Of a DNA stretch of 64,000 bases, positions 1-8,863 are shown piece by piece. This DNA is from Burkholderiales bacterium (GTDB taxonomy: Bacteria; Pseudomonadota; Gammaproteobacteria; Burkholderiales; SHXO01), in contig DATJVI010000001.1 in assembly GCA_035501875.1 (NCBI GenBank), positions 6,094 through 70,093 on the forward strand, in the 5' to 3' direction. The number at the start of each line of letters is the position of its first letter. Position 1 is the first letter of the stretch. The notes below the pieces were generated by a model. It had not been told where the DNA came from. It saw only the letters and a program-made list of their open reading frames with translations, and did not search any database. The translations under genes and the position numbers were made by a program.

Positions 1-10
1 CGCAGCGCGG

Positions 11-1084
11 GTGGCACGAGCGGCAGCAGCCATCGCCTGCTGGGTTACGCTCGCGTTGCTCGCTGCTCCGCCGCTCCACGCCGAAACCCAGATCAACCCC
101 CGAGCGAATCCGATTCTGGCTCCGGGCAAGGCGTGGGCGTTCGACGGGTTCGTGGTCACCGTTCCGGCGAGCGAGGGCTGGGTTTCGCTCTACAAGGACA
201 TGCAGTACGCGGACCTCGCCAAGGACTTCCCGGACGGGACCAAGGCCGCGGTCATCGTCGAAGCCCGCAAGCTGAGCGACAGCGTTGGCGGCCAGGAGCG
301 CCTGCTCAACCTCGTGCGCGAGGAGCAGGCGGCGCCGCCCGATGCGGAGCGCACGAAGCTGCTGGAGTATTCCGCCGAGCCGTTCGCGCCGAAAGGCGTG
401 CTGTGCGCGCGCTTCTCATCCAAATTCGACGACCGGCGCAGTCGCACCGCCGCCCCCGAGCTGTTGCTCGTGCGCGGCGTTTCCTGCGTGGCGCCCGGAC
501 GGCCCGACCTTCTGGTCACGCTGCGCTACGCCCAAAGGTCGACGCGCGGCGATATCGCTGCGGAAGTCGCGGCGGATGTCGACCCGTTCCTGGACAGCCT
601 CAGGTTCCTTCAGTCCGACGATGCGCTGCTGCAACAGGCGCGCCTCGCGGTGCGCGGGGACAAGCCGGAGCAGGCCGCCGAGATGCTGCGGCCGGCGGCG
701 GAGGGCGGAGACGGTGAAGCAGCGATGTTCCTGGGCAACATGTATCTGTATGGCCGAGGCGTCGAGCCGGACTCTTCGCAAGCGCGCAGATGGCTGGAGC
801 TCGCGGCCCAGCAAGGGCGTGCCGACGCGCAGTACAACCTCGGCGCGATCTACGACAAAGGCATAGGCGTGCAGCGCGACGTGGCGCAGGCCATGCACTG
901 GTTCCTGCTCGCCGCCGATCAGCGTGACACCCAGGCCCAGCTCAATATCGCGCTGTTCTACCTGAACGGGGACGGTGTACCCAAAGACATCGCGCAAGCC
1001 GAAACCTGGCTGCGCCGCGCTGCGATCAACGGCAACCGGCGCGCCCAGGCGATCCTCGAAGCGGGCAGGTACCGAAACCAGTAG
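11..1084 (+). CDS. Secreted Sel1-like (SLR/TPR) repeat protein
   Basis: 357-aa ORF with a GTG start at 11. N-terminal signal-like segment (WVTLALLAAPPLHA/ET). C-terminal half has about four tandem Sel1 repeats (MFLGNMYLYGRGVEPD..A..W..AA.QG.A.AQYNLG.IY.KG.GV..D). The start is 10 nt from the window edge, so upstream context is unseen. Confidence 0.75.
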   Translation: MARAAAAIACWVTLALLAAPPLHAETQINPRANPILAPGKAWAFDGFVVTVPASEGWVSLYKDMQYADLAKDFPDGTKAAVIVEARKLSDSVGGQERLLNLVREEQAAPPDAERTKLLEYSAEPFAPKGVLCARFSSKFDDRRSRTAAPELLLVRGVSCVAPGRPDLLVTLRYAQRSTRGDIAAEVAADVDPFLDSLRFLQSDDALLQQARLAVRGDKPEQAAEMLRPAAEGGDGEAAMFLGNMYLYGRGVEPDSSQARRWLELAAQQGRADAQYNLGAIYDKGIGVQRDVAQAMHWFLLAADQRDTQAQLNIALFYLNGDGVPKDIAQAETWLRRAAINGNRRAQAILEAGRYRNQ

Positions 1085-1122
1085 AGGGGCCGCGAGGCGT
1101 GATCCGCAGGGGCCGTCGGGCC

Positions 1123-2214
1123 TCACGGGTGCGCGGCCGAGCGAGACTCCGGAACCGCGCCCGCAGCGAGCGCGGCGTCACGCTGCGCCTTGGGCAACGC
1201 GGCCAGCCGTTTGACCTCGGCATAGAAGCGCGGCAGATCGCCGTTGTATCGTGCCAATACCCGTTGGAACTCCGGGACGAGCTCGCTGTAGATCGCCACG
1301 GACGCGAGCTGGGCGTTGTTGAGCGGCTGCTCGAACCACCTGTCGTACCCCGTGATGCAGTCCCAGCCCGCACGGGTGCGCCGATACTCCGCGCGCATAT
1401 TCTCGAACACAACCTGTTTCTCTCGGCGCATGGCGTCCGCATCCATCGGCTGCGCGTATAGTGTCTCCAGCCGCTTACGATAGCGCTGCACCAGCGCGTC
1501 GAAGCCGCTGCTGGCGCGGTCGGCACACTCGAACTCCAGTCGCTGCGCCTGGGTGCCGTGTGCGGCGAGCCAACGCTTCACCCCCTCTTCTTCCACCGTC
1601 ACCGCGAAGGACTCGTTGAACGTGCTGTCGCCCTGCACGTAGACCTCCTGGTGGGCGAGCTCGTGGAAGATCAGCCGCGCGATCTCCGGGTCCGGATAGC
1701 GGATGACCGTGTTGAGCAGCGGATCGTCCAGCCAGCCGAGCGTGGAATAGGCGGGCACGCCCCCGACGTACACGTCGTAGCGCTGCTCGCGCAGCTCTGC
1801 AGCCAAGCGCTCCGCGTCCTCCTGTTTGAAATAGCCTTTGTATTGCACGCAGCCGGCAAACGGGAAGCACCACTGCTTAGGCTGCAAGGAGAACTCCGGC
1901 GCCGCGAACACGTTCCACACCACGAACGGCCGCTTCAAATCCGCATACCTCCGGTAGCTGCCGTTGTCGGGGAGCGCGAGGTCGCGGCTGGCGAAGTCAC
2001 GGATCTTGCGCACCTGCTCGAGCTTGGCCCGTAGCTGCGGGTCGGTCGCCGGATCGGCCACGAGCTCCGGGATCGGACGGGCTTTGCGGCTGAGCTCCAT
2101 CTGTCCGTTGGCCGCCTGCAGGTAGTAGCCCACCGTCGAACAGCCCGCCACCGCCGCGACGGCGAACGCGACGAGCGCCAGCGCGATCCGGCTACGGGCG
2201 CGCAAAGCAGCCAT
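1123..2214 (-). CDS. Predicted zinc aminopeptidase lipoprotein (Aminopep/DUF2265-like)
   Basis: 363-aa ORF with a lipobox-type signal (VAAVAGC/S). HELAH zinc motif sits in the block IFHELAHQEVYVQGDSTFNESFA, which I recall as the signature of the predicted-aminopeptidase family. The start overlaps the 3' end of the upstream hydrolase gene by 23 nt. Confidence 0.7.
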   Translation of the reverse strand: MAALRARSRIALALVAFAVAAVAGCSTVGYYLQAANGQMELSRKARPIPELVADPATDPQLRAKLEQVRKIRDFASRDLALPDNGSYRRYADLKRPFVVWNVFAAPEFSLQPKQWCFPFAGCVQYKGYFKQEDAERLAAELREQRYDVYVGGVPAYSTLGWLDDPLLNTVIRYPDPEIARLIFHELAHQEVYVQGDSTFNESFAVTVEEEGVKRWLAAHGTQAQRLEFECADRASSGFDALVQRYRKRLETLYAQPMDADAMRREKQVVFENMRAEYRRTRAGWDCITGYDRWFEQPLNNAQLASVAIYSELVPEFQRVLARYNGDLPRFYAEVKRLAALPKAQRDAALAAGAVPESRSAAHP

Positions 2215-2857
2215 GCTCCAGGAAGTGACAGACTTGGCGTGCCACGCGCGAGGACGCCAGCAGCGCCGAGTGGCTCAGCGGAAGCGCCAGATGATCCTTG
2301 AGCGCTGCCATCCTCGTCTCGTCCAAGCATACCACGCCGTCATTGGGGCGGGGCAGCCTGACCAGCAGGCCGCCGATGCCGAAGCGGAAGGTGCCGGCGA
2401 TCATCCCCGTCTCGAAGTGCTCCGCCGCCGCGAGCCCGCGCTCGGGCCGCCAATCCAACAGCGCGCGACCCGCCAGGGCGCGCCCGATTCCACTGCCAGC
2501 CATATGCCACGCCGCTCGCGACCCCGCGCAAGGCGTACCCAGCAGCACGATCCGGCCCACAGGCAGCTGCGGATTGAGCGCGAGCGTGTCGAGGATCGCC
2601 AATCCTCCGAGGCTGTGACCGACCAGGTGCACGCGCGGCCGGCCGAGGCCCGCGACGAAGCGCGCCAGCGTGGCGGCGATGTCGTCGAGCGCCAGACGCG
2701 TAGACGAATACGAGAACGCGACGGTCCGATAGCCACAGCGGGCAAGCTGCATCCGTTGCAGCGCGAAGACGGCGGCGATCATCCACAGTCCATGCACGAC
2801 GACGACGGTATGCGGCGCAGAACCGTCTGCCCCGGTGCTCTCGGCCGGTTTGCTCAT
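2192..2857 (-). CDS. Alpha/beta hydrolase (lipase/esterase-like)
   Basis: ORF 2192..3004 trimmed to the ATG at 2857 (MSKPAE...) because the 49 upstream codons are Arg/Pro-rich. Has the VVVVHGLWM region and a GHSLGG nucleophile elbow. Confidence 0.75.
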   Translation of the reverse strand: MSKPAESTGADGSAPHTVVVVHGLWMIAAVFALQRMQLARCGYRTVAFSYSSTRLALDDIAATLARFVAGLGRPRVHLVGHSLGGLAILDTLALNPQLPVGRIVLLGTPCAGSRAAWHMAGSGIGRALAGRALLDWRPERGLAAAEHFETGMIAGTFRFGIGGLLVRLPRPNDGVVCLDETRMAALKDHLALPLSHSALLASSRVARQVCHFLEHGCFARP

Positions 2858-3174
2858 CGACGATCGGGGCGGCTGCAGTCTTGGACCGTTGGGACGGCGG
2901 GTGAGGAAGCGGACCAGCGGATTATACGGGCGGGCATCCTTGTGAAGAGCGTGCGCGCCGCCTTCGCGTGGGCCCAGGCGCACGCCGGTGCCGGTTGCCC
3001 GCACACCGCGGCGAAGCTAACATACGAGCTCCGCATTCCGGTGAAGCGCGCCCGGAGACCGCCGCGCCTGGCATAGCCCGCCCTTCCGTAATCTCGCCAT
3101 CGGCCGGCGGCACAGCCGATCATCGGGCGTCAACGAGACATCGCGTCTGGGCTATAAACGAAACGGAGGATCAA

Positions 3175-3477
3175 TTGGAGGCAGTGGGAAAAGACAAGCT
3201 GATCGAAGACCTCAAGGTCGTCGCTCAAGACGTGGAGGACCTGCTCAAAGCCACTGCGACCCAGACCAGCGAGAAGGTTACTGCAGCGCGCGCGCGTGCA
3301 GAAGAATCGCTGCGCGCAGTCAAGATGAGTCTGGAGGATGCGGGCGACGCAGTCGCCGCACGCACCCGCGCAGCACAGCAAGCGACAGAGCGGTACGTGC
3401 GGGACAATCCGTGGCAGGCGGTCGGCATCGCAGCCGGCGTGGGCTTTCTGATCGGATACCTGATCGGCCGCCGCTGA
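3175..3477 (+). CDS. ElaB/YqjD/DUF883-family membrane-anchored protein
   Basis: C-terminal block YVRDNPWQAVGIAAGVGFLIGYLIGRR and an N-terminal helical region match the ElaB/YqjD architecture. GGAGGA at 3165-3170 precedes an in-frame TTG at 3175; GTG at 3184 is an alternative. The ORF-track start at 2968 is probably too long. Confidence 0.7.
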   Translation: MEAVGKDKLIEDLKVVAQDVEDLLKATATQTSEKVTAARARAEESLRAVKMSLEDAGDAVAARTRAAQQATERYVRDNPWQAVGIAAGVGFLIGYLIGRR

Positions 3478-3881
3478 TGCCCGACACACAGAACGCGGGC
3501 AGGCCGCCTGCGGGCGGCGGGCTGGTCGATTCGGTCAAGGCGCTGCTGTCCACCCTGGTCGGCATCGCGCACACACGCCTCGAGCTGCTCTCGGTCGAGC
3601 TACAAGAAGAGGTCGGGCGTGTCGCGATCCTGCTGCTGTGGGGGGCGCTGGCGTTGTTCTTCGCCTTCCTCGGAGTCGCCTTCCTCGGCCTGGTCGTCGT
3701 CATCGCCATGTGGGACGATCACCGCCTGCTCGCGTCCGGTCTCGTGGCCGGCTTCTTTCTGCTGCTCGCGATCCTCGCGGGCACCGTGCTATCCGCGCGG
3801 CTGAGCGCCAAGCCTCGCCCGTTCCACGCGAGCCTTGGGGAACTGGCGAAGGACCGCGACCACCTCGACATCGGTCCATGA
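3477..3881 (+). CDS. yqjE: YqjE-like (DUF1469 / phage-holin-family) inner membrane protein
   Basis: ATG at 3477 overlaps the TGA of the preceding gene. The motif RLELLSVELQEE followed by two hydrophobic helices and a KDRDHL tail parallels E. coli YqjE (RLRLAVVELEEE...). Confidence 0.65.
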   Translation: MPDTQNAGRPPAGGGLVDSVKALLSTLVGIAHTRLELLSVELQEEVGRVAILLLWGALALFFAFLGVAFLGLVVVIAMWDDHRLLASGLVAGFFLLLAILAGTVLSARLSAKPRPFHASLGELAKDRDHLDIGP

Positions 3882-4180
3882 CCGTGCACCTCGGAACGCT
3901 GGCCGCACGCCGCGAGGCCCTGATCGCGGAGGCCGCGCGGCAGCGGGCCGCTGCGGCAGCCGCCACGGCGGGCATACGGCACGGCCTGCGCTTCGCTGAG
4001 CGCGCGCTGTGGCTCGCACGATATGTCGGGCGCAAGCCACTCGCGGCGGCCGCTGTGGCTGCATGCATTGCCTTGCTCATCCGCAGCCCTGGCCGCACGC
4101 TCCGCTGGCTCGACTACGGGCTGAGCGCCTACTCGCTGGTCCGGCGGGTGATGGGCGTAATCCGACAGCGGAGAGAGTGA
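3878..4180 (+). CDS. yqjK: YqjK-like protein
   Basis: ATG at 3878 forms an ATGA overlap with the yqjE-like stop. About 100 aa with an N-terminal coiled region, one hydrophobic helix and a basic tail. It is the third gene of the elaB/yqjE/yqjK arrangement. Confidence 0.55.
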   Translation: MTVHLGTLAARREALIAEAARQRAAAAAATAGIRHGLRFAERALWLARYVGRKPLAAAAVAACIALLIRSPGRTLRWLDYGLSAYSLVRRVMGVIRQRRE

Positions 4181-4486
4181 TCGCGGCCGCCATCGCGCGG
4201 CCCCGCCGGCACATGGGAAGCGGTGTGCCGGGTGCTTAGGTGATCCCCGAAGCGCACGCGACGGTTCGCTCCGCCGGCGGCATTGATCTGAGTTCTGCGA
4301 TCGGCCCATGCCACTCCACCGGTTGTCCGAACTCTGCCTCACCCGGGGCTGTCAGAAGCGACAACGGGCGCTGATCGACAGCGCAGTGCCCGTCTGGGAG
4401 AATTGGGCCGGCTCGCTCGAAGGCGTACCGCGTGCGATGCTTGCCCGCCGTCAGTCACACCCGTCCAACAATAGGAGAGACACATC

Positions 4487-5044
4487 ATGAGCAAAGCGGT
4501 CCGGATCTCAACGCGCGCGGCGTTCGCGGGGTTCGTGCTGGTCGCCGCAACCGCGGCAGCCGCAGCCGACCCGGTCTGGGTCAACCCGGCGATCCAGGAG
4601 TTCGGCGCGGTCGTGTCGCTGCCGGATGCGGGCATGCAGCCGAGCAAGGACATCGAGTACAAGGTCGTCTTCAACGCCACCACCGGCGGGCCCAACGAGA
4701 AGATCAACCCTGCGCTGGATCGTGTGGCGCGCACGGTGAATGTATTCGCTTCGGCGGGCGTGCCGCTGTCGCACCTGCATTTCATCGCGGTGGTGCACGG
4801 ACCTGCGACGCCGGCAGTCCTCGACAATGACCACTACCGTGAAAAGTTCAGCGTGGACAATCCGAATATCAAGCTGATCGGCGCACTCCAGAAAGCAGGC
4901 GTCAAAGTCGTGGTCTGCGGGCAAGCATTGGCGCACAACAAGTTTCCGCATGACTGGGTCAACAAAGACGTGGAGATCACGCTGTCCGCTCTGTCGGACG
5001 TGATCATCCTCGAGCAACAGGGCTACGTCCTGTTCCCGCTATAA
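4487..5044 (+). CDS. Exported DsrE/DsrF-like family protein
   Basis: 185 aa with a signal peptide (AAFAGFVLVAATAAAAA/DP). The pattern YKVVFNATTG....HFIAVVHGPA....GVKVVVCGQAL is typical of the DsrE-like (COG1416) fold. AGGAGA Shine-Dalgarno sequence lies upstream. Confidence 0.7.
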   Translation: MSKAVRISTRAAFAGFVLVAATAAAAADPVWVNPAIQEFGAVVSLPDAGMQPSKDIEYKVVFNATTGGPNEKINPALDRVARTVNVFASAGVPLSHLHFIAVVHGPATPAVLDNDHYREKFSVDNPNIKLIGALQKAGVKVVVCGQALAHNKFPHDWVNKDVEITLSALSDVIILEQQGYVLFPL

Positions 5045-5057
5045 GGAGCGACCGGAG

Positions 5058-5996
5058 ATGACACGAGCGGCGCGGACCGCGCTGATCGGGGCGGTTCTGG
5101 GCGCGTTCACGGCGAGGTGGGCGGCCGGTGCCGGCGGAATCGACCCGCCCTGGAACCCGCCGCCGGAGAACGGGCTGAACTTCACCGTCCCCGGCATCGA
5201 CAACGTCCCCGACCTGCAGGGGGATGTCAACGATCCGCAGCTCGTCGTCTTCTTGGCCGGCAACCAGTACATGGTCGTGCGCGAGCTGATCCTGGCATTC
5301 CGCGCCGCTTATCCCCAGTACGAGCGCGTGTTCGTCGAGACTCTCCCACCGGGAATCCTCGCCGGACAGATCGAGCAAGGCGCGCTCGTGGTGGGCAACC
5401 TGCGCATCACGGTCAAGCCCGACATCTACGCGACGGGTCGGGTCCGTATGCAAGAGCTGCAAGGGGAGAAGCACTGGTTCTCCGAGACGGTCGACTACGC
5501 GCGCAATCAGCTCGCGATCATGACGTCGACCGCAAACCCCCATGGCATCGCCGGTTGGAACGATCTCGCCCAACCCGGCGTTCTCCTATGCATGCCCAAC
5601 CCGAAGTGGGAAGGCATCGCCAGGAACACGATCATCCCCGTGCTGCGTCAGACCGGAGGCGACCCTCTGGTCAAGGCGGTGTACGAGGACAAGGTCCAGG
5701 CCGGCACCACTTTTCTGACGCAGATCCACCACCGGCAAACTCCGATGCGGATCATGGAGGGCAAGTGCGAGGCCGGCGTCGTGTGGTATACCGAAGCCTA
5801 TTTCCACGCCACGCTGATGCATCATCCCATCGCGATGGTGACGATTCCGGAGCAGCAGAACCGGTACGCTACGTACACCGCCGGGCTGATGAAAGACGCG
5901 CCTCACGCCGTCGCCGGGAAGGATTTCCTGCTCTTCCTCCGCAGTGCCGCGGCTCAGGCCATCTTCCGCAAATACGGGTTCCTACCCGCGCCGTAG
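5058..5996 (+). CDS. Periplasmic solute-binding protein (ModA/SBP_bac_11-like), orphan
   Basis: 312 aa with an N-terminal signal-like segment. The block VVFLAGNQYMVVRELI..F resembles molybdate/tungstate/sulfate-type type II binding proteins. No permease or ATPase gene is adjacent. Confidence 0.6.
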   Translation: MTRAARTALIGAVLGAFTARWAAGAGGIDPPWNPPPENGLNFTVPGIDNVPDLQGDVNDPQLVVFLAGNQYMVVRELILAFRAAYPQYERVFVETLPPGILAGQIEQGALVVGNLRITVKPDIYATGRVRMQELQGEKHWFSETVDYARNQLAIMTSTANPHGIAGWNDLAQPGVLLCMPNPKWEGIARNTIIPVLRQTGGDPLVKAVYEDKVQAGTTFLTQIHHRQTPMRIMEGKCEAGVVWYTEAYFHATLMHHPIAMVTIPEQQNRYATYTAGLMKDAPHAVAGKDFLLFLRSAAAQAIFRKYGFLPAP

Positions 5997-6014
5997 GTAA
6001 CCGGGCGGGCAGCA

Positions 6015-7532
6015 ATGGAGACACGAACGAGCAAGCCGCTGTGGATATCGACCGTCGCAGCGATAGGCTGGCTCGCCACACAGCTCGCCACCGGTGCGGC
6101 CAACGACGTCGAGCGCATCTTTCTCGAGGGGATCCCGGGCCAGGCCCCGGCTTGTGCGACCTGCCACGGCAACCATGGCGAAGGCGGCAGTGACGGCGCT
6201 TTCCCCCGCATCGCCGGCTTTCCCGCCGGCTACATCGGAGATCAGCTCAGAGCATTTCGGGACGGGACGCGTGCGGTCCCGCTGATGTCTACGGTAGTCG
6301 CAGGGCTGACGGACGCGGACATCAGTGCCATGGCCGACTACCTCGCTCGACAGCAAGCCCCGTTTGCCGCAGTCAGCGCGGGAAGCCCGGAGCAGCTTGC
6401 CCACGGACAAGCGCTCGTCACGGTCGGCGCGTGGGAGCGCGGCATCCCCGCATGCGTGAGCTGCCACGGCGCCGAACTGCAGGGGGTGGCGCCGGCGATA
6501 CCCAGGCTGGCCGGCCAATGGCCGCGCTATCTCGCCGCGCAACTCACCGCGTACCGGCTGCGGCAGCGGCCGTCGGACCGGCTGGGGCTGATGCGCCGCA
6601 TCGCAGGCGGTATGAGCACCGCGGACATCGAGAGTGTGTCGGCCTATATCGGAACGCTGCGCCCCGGCGATACGCCCGAACCTCCCCGTTACGCGACGCC
6701 GGAGGCGTACTCACCGGTCCCGCAATCGCCGGAGGCGTTCATGCCCCCCCCGGATGCAGCGATCCCGGCAGGACCCTACGGCGATATGGTGCGCCTGGGT
6801 GAACGCCTCTTCCAAGACACGCCCGGACACGCGGCCCAGTACACCGGCAACGCGCTGAGCTGCCGCAACTGTCATCTCGACCGCGGCCGCGCCCCTCAGT
6901 CTTCGCCGATGTGGGCGGCATATGTGCACTATCCCGAGTACCGCAAGAAAGACGGGCTCGTCAACACCCTGCAGATGCGCATCCAGGGCTGCTTCCTCTA
7001 CAGCCAGAACGGAGTGGTGCCGCCGGCGGATAGCCGCGAGCTGACCGCGCTGGTCACCTACTTCCACTGGCTTGCGACCGGCTTGCCGGTCGGCATCATG
7101 CCCAAGGCCGCCGGGTACGGACGGCTGCCCGCTCCGCGCGAAGCGCCGAGCCCCGAACGCGGAGCCAAGGTCTATGCGTCGAGCTGCGCCGTCTGCCACG
7201 GCGAGGACGGAAGCGGCCGAACCGCCGGCGGCAGGACGGTCTTCCCGCCGCTCTGGGGACCCCAATCTTTCAATTGGGGCGCCGGCATGCATCAGGTCGA
7301 CATCGCCTCCGCTTTCATCCAGCGCAACATGCCTTACGGCGCGGGCGGTACGCTGAGCGACCAGGAAGCATGGGACGTGGCGGCCTACGTGAACAGCCGC
7401 CCGCGTCCTCAGGACCCGCGCTTCACCGAGGATGTGGAGAAGACGCGCAGCCTGTTTCACGGCGGGCACTTCGACTACTACGGGCGCGAAGTGGACGGCG
7501 TGCTGCTGGGCGCGCCTGACGCGCGCCGTTGA
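6015..7532 (+). CDS. tsdBA: Tetrahaem c-type cytochrome, TsdB-TsdA-like fusion (putative thiosulfate dehydrogenase)
   Basis: 505 aa with a signal peptide and four CxxCH motifs (CATCH, CVSCH, CRNCH, CAVCH). The N-terminal half is cytochrome c4-like (PRIAGF/PRLAGQ repeats). The C-terminal half carries a conserved free Cys (RIQGCF) and the FPPLWG...FNWGAGM block that I recall from TsdA. Confidence 0.6.
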   Translation: METRTSKPLWISTVAAIGWLATQLATGAANDVERIFLEGIPGQAPACATCHGNHGEGGSDGAFPRIAGFPAGYIGDQLRAFRDGTRAVPLMSTVVAGLTDADISAMADYLARQQAPFAAVSAGSPEQLAHGQALVTVGAWERGIPACVSCHGAELQGVAPAIPRLAGQWPRYLAAQLTAYRLRQRPSDRLGLMRRIAGGMSTADIESVSAYIGTLRPGDTPEPPRYATPEAYSPVPQSPEAFMPPPDAAIPAGPYGDMVRLGERLFQDTPGHAAQYTGNALSCRNCHLDRGRAPQSSPMWAAYVHYPEYRKKDGLVNTLQMRIQGCFLYSQNGVVPPADSRELTALVTYFHWLATGLPVGIMPKAAGYGRLPAPREAPSPERGAKVYASSCAVCHGEDGSGRTAGGRTVFPPLWGPQSFNWGAGMHQVDIASAFIQRNMPYGAGGTLSDQEAWDVAAYVNSRPRPQDPRFTEDVEKTRSLFHGGHFDYYGREVDGVLLGAPDARR

Positions 7533-7684
7533 CGCGCCGAAGCTCGCAGTCCCACTGCGCGCTGTCATGACGTTGGCGGATTCGGTCCGCTCGTCGACCC
7601 CGGGCCTCCCCACGCGATCGCTGTCATACCAACTCAAACCGGCCGTCATCGGCGTGTCACCATCGCGACGCAGTCTAGCGTCGG

Positions 7685-8854
7685 ATGAAAAATCTAGAGG
7701 TCCCGTCGCGCCCGCTCGAGGTTGCTGTGGTTACGGAGACCTTCCCCCCGGAAGTGAACGGGGTCGCCCGGACGGTCGGGATCTTGGTGGACGCTCTCAT
7801 CGCCCGCGGACATCGCGTTCAACTGATCCGCCCGCGGCAAGGCCGGCACGACCAGCCGATCACCCGGCCGAGCTTGGAAACGGTCCTTCGGCCGGGCTTT
7901 CCGATCCCCGGTTATCGTGGGCTACGCATGGGTCTGCCGGCCAAGCGTGCGCTGTTGCGCGCGTGGCGGCTCAGACGGCCGCACGTTTTGCAGGTCGTTA
8001 CCGAAGGGCCGCTCGGGTCGTCGGCGCTCGCCGCCGCGAAGGCACTCGAGATCCCGGTCTGCTCCGAGTTCCACACGAACTTCCACACCTATAGCCGACA
8101 TTACGGTCTGGGTCTGCTGGCGCGCCCGGTCGCCGCTCACCTGCGCCGGCTGCACAACCGCGCGGAGGTGACGCTGGTGCCGACGGCCGAACTCGCATCG
8201 GAGCTGAGCGCCGCCGGTTACGAACATGTCCGCGTCGTCGGGCGTGGCGTCGACACGACCCTTTTCCACCCCGGCAGGCGCAGCAACGCTCTACGACGCA
8301 GTTGGGGGGCCGCACCGGATGACACGGTGGCGATGTACGTCGGCCGGCTCGGGCCCGAGAAGAACCTGCGCCTGTTCGTTCAGGCCGCGGAGGCGATGCG
8401 TGCGCTCGACCCGGGCCTGAAGGTGGTGGTGGTCGGCGATGGCCCCGCAGGCCGTGCGCTGCGCGCCAGCCGTCGCGATTTCGTGTTCTGCGGGATGCGC
8501 GCGGGCACCGAGCTCGCCGAGCACTATGCATCGGGCGACGTATTCGTCTTCCCGAGTCTCACGGAAACGTTCGGCAACGTGACCACCGAAGCGATGGCGA
8601 GCCGCCTCGCCGTAGTGGCATACGACTACGCAGCCGCGAGGCAATGCATCCGGCACGGCGAAAGCGGGCTGCTCGCACCTTGCGGCGACGAGCCATGCTT
8701 CGTGCGGCTGACTGCGACAGTGGCCGCGGACCGTTCGCTGCGCGAGCATCTGCGCACCGGCGCTCTGAGCGCGGCCCGCACCTTGTCGTGGGAGCGGGTC
8801 ACGGACGATCTCGAATCCGTCCTCTCCGAGCTCGCACGCAAGTCTGCGCGCTAG
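7685..8854 (+). CDS. Glycosyltransferase family 4 (GT-B, GT1-type)
   Basis: 389 aa. N-terminus VAVVTETFPPEVNGVARTV and C-terminal motif FVFPSLTETFGNVTTEAMAS are typical of retaining GT4 enzymes. Confidence 0.8.
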   Translation: MKNLEVPSRPLEVAVVTETFPPEVNGVARTVGILVDALIARGHRVQLIRPRQGRHDQPITRPSLETVLRPGFPIPGYRGLRMGLPAKRALLRAWRLRRPHVLQVVTEGPLGSSALAAAKALEIPVCSEFHTNFHTYSRHYGLGLLARPVAAHLRRLHNRAEVTLVPTAELASELSAAGYEHVRVVGRGVDTTLFHPGRRSNALRRSWGAAPDDTVAMYVGRLGPEKNLRLFVQAAEAMRALDPGLKVVVVGDGPAGRALRASRRDFVFCGMRAGTELAEHYASGDVFVFPSLTETFGNVTTEAMASRLAVVAYDYAAARQCIRHGESGLLAPCGDEPCFVRLTATVAADRSLREHLRTGALSAARTLSWERVTDDLESVLSELARKSAR

Positions 8855-8863
8855 CGCGGCGTA

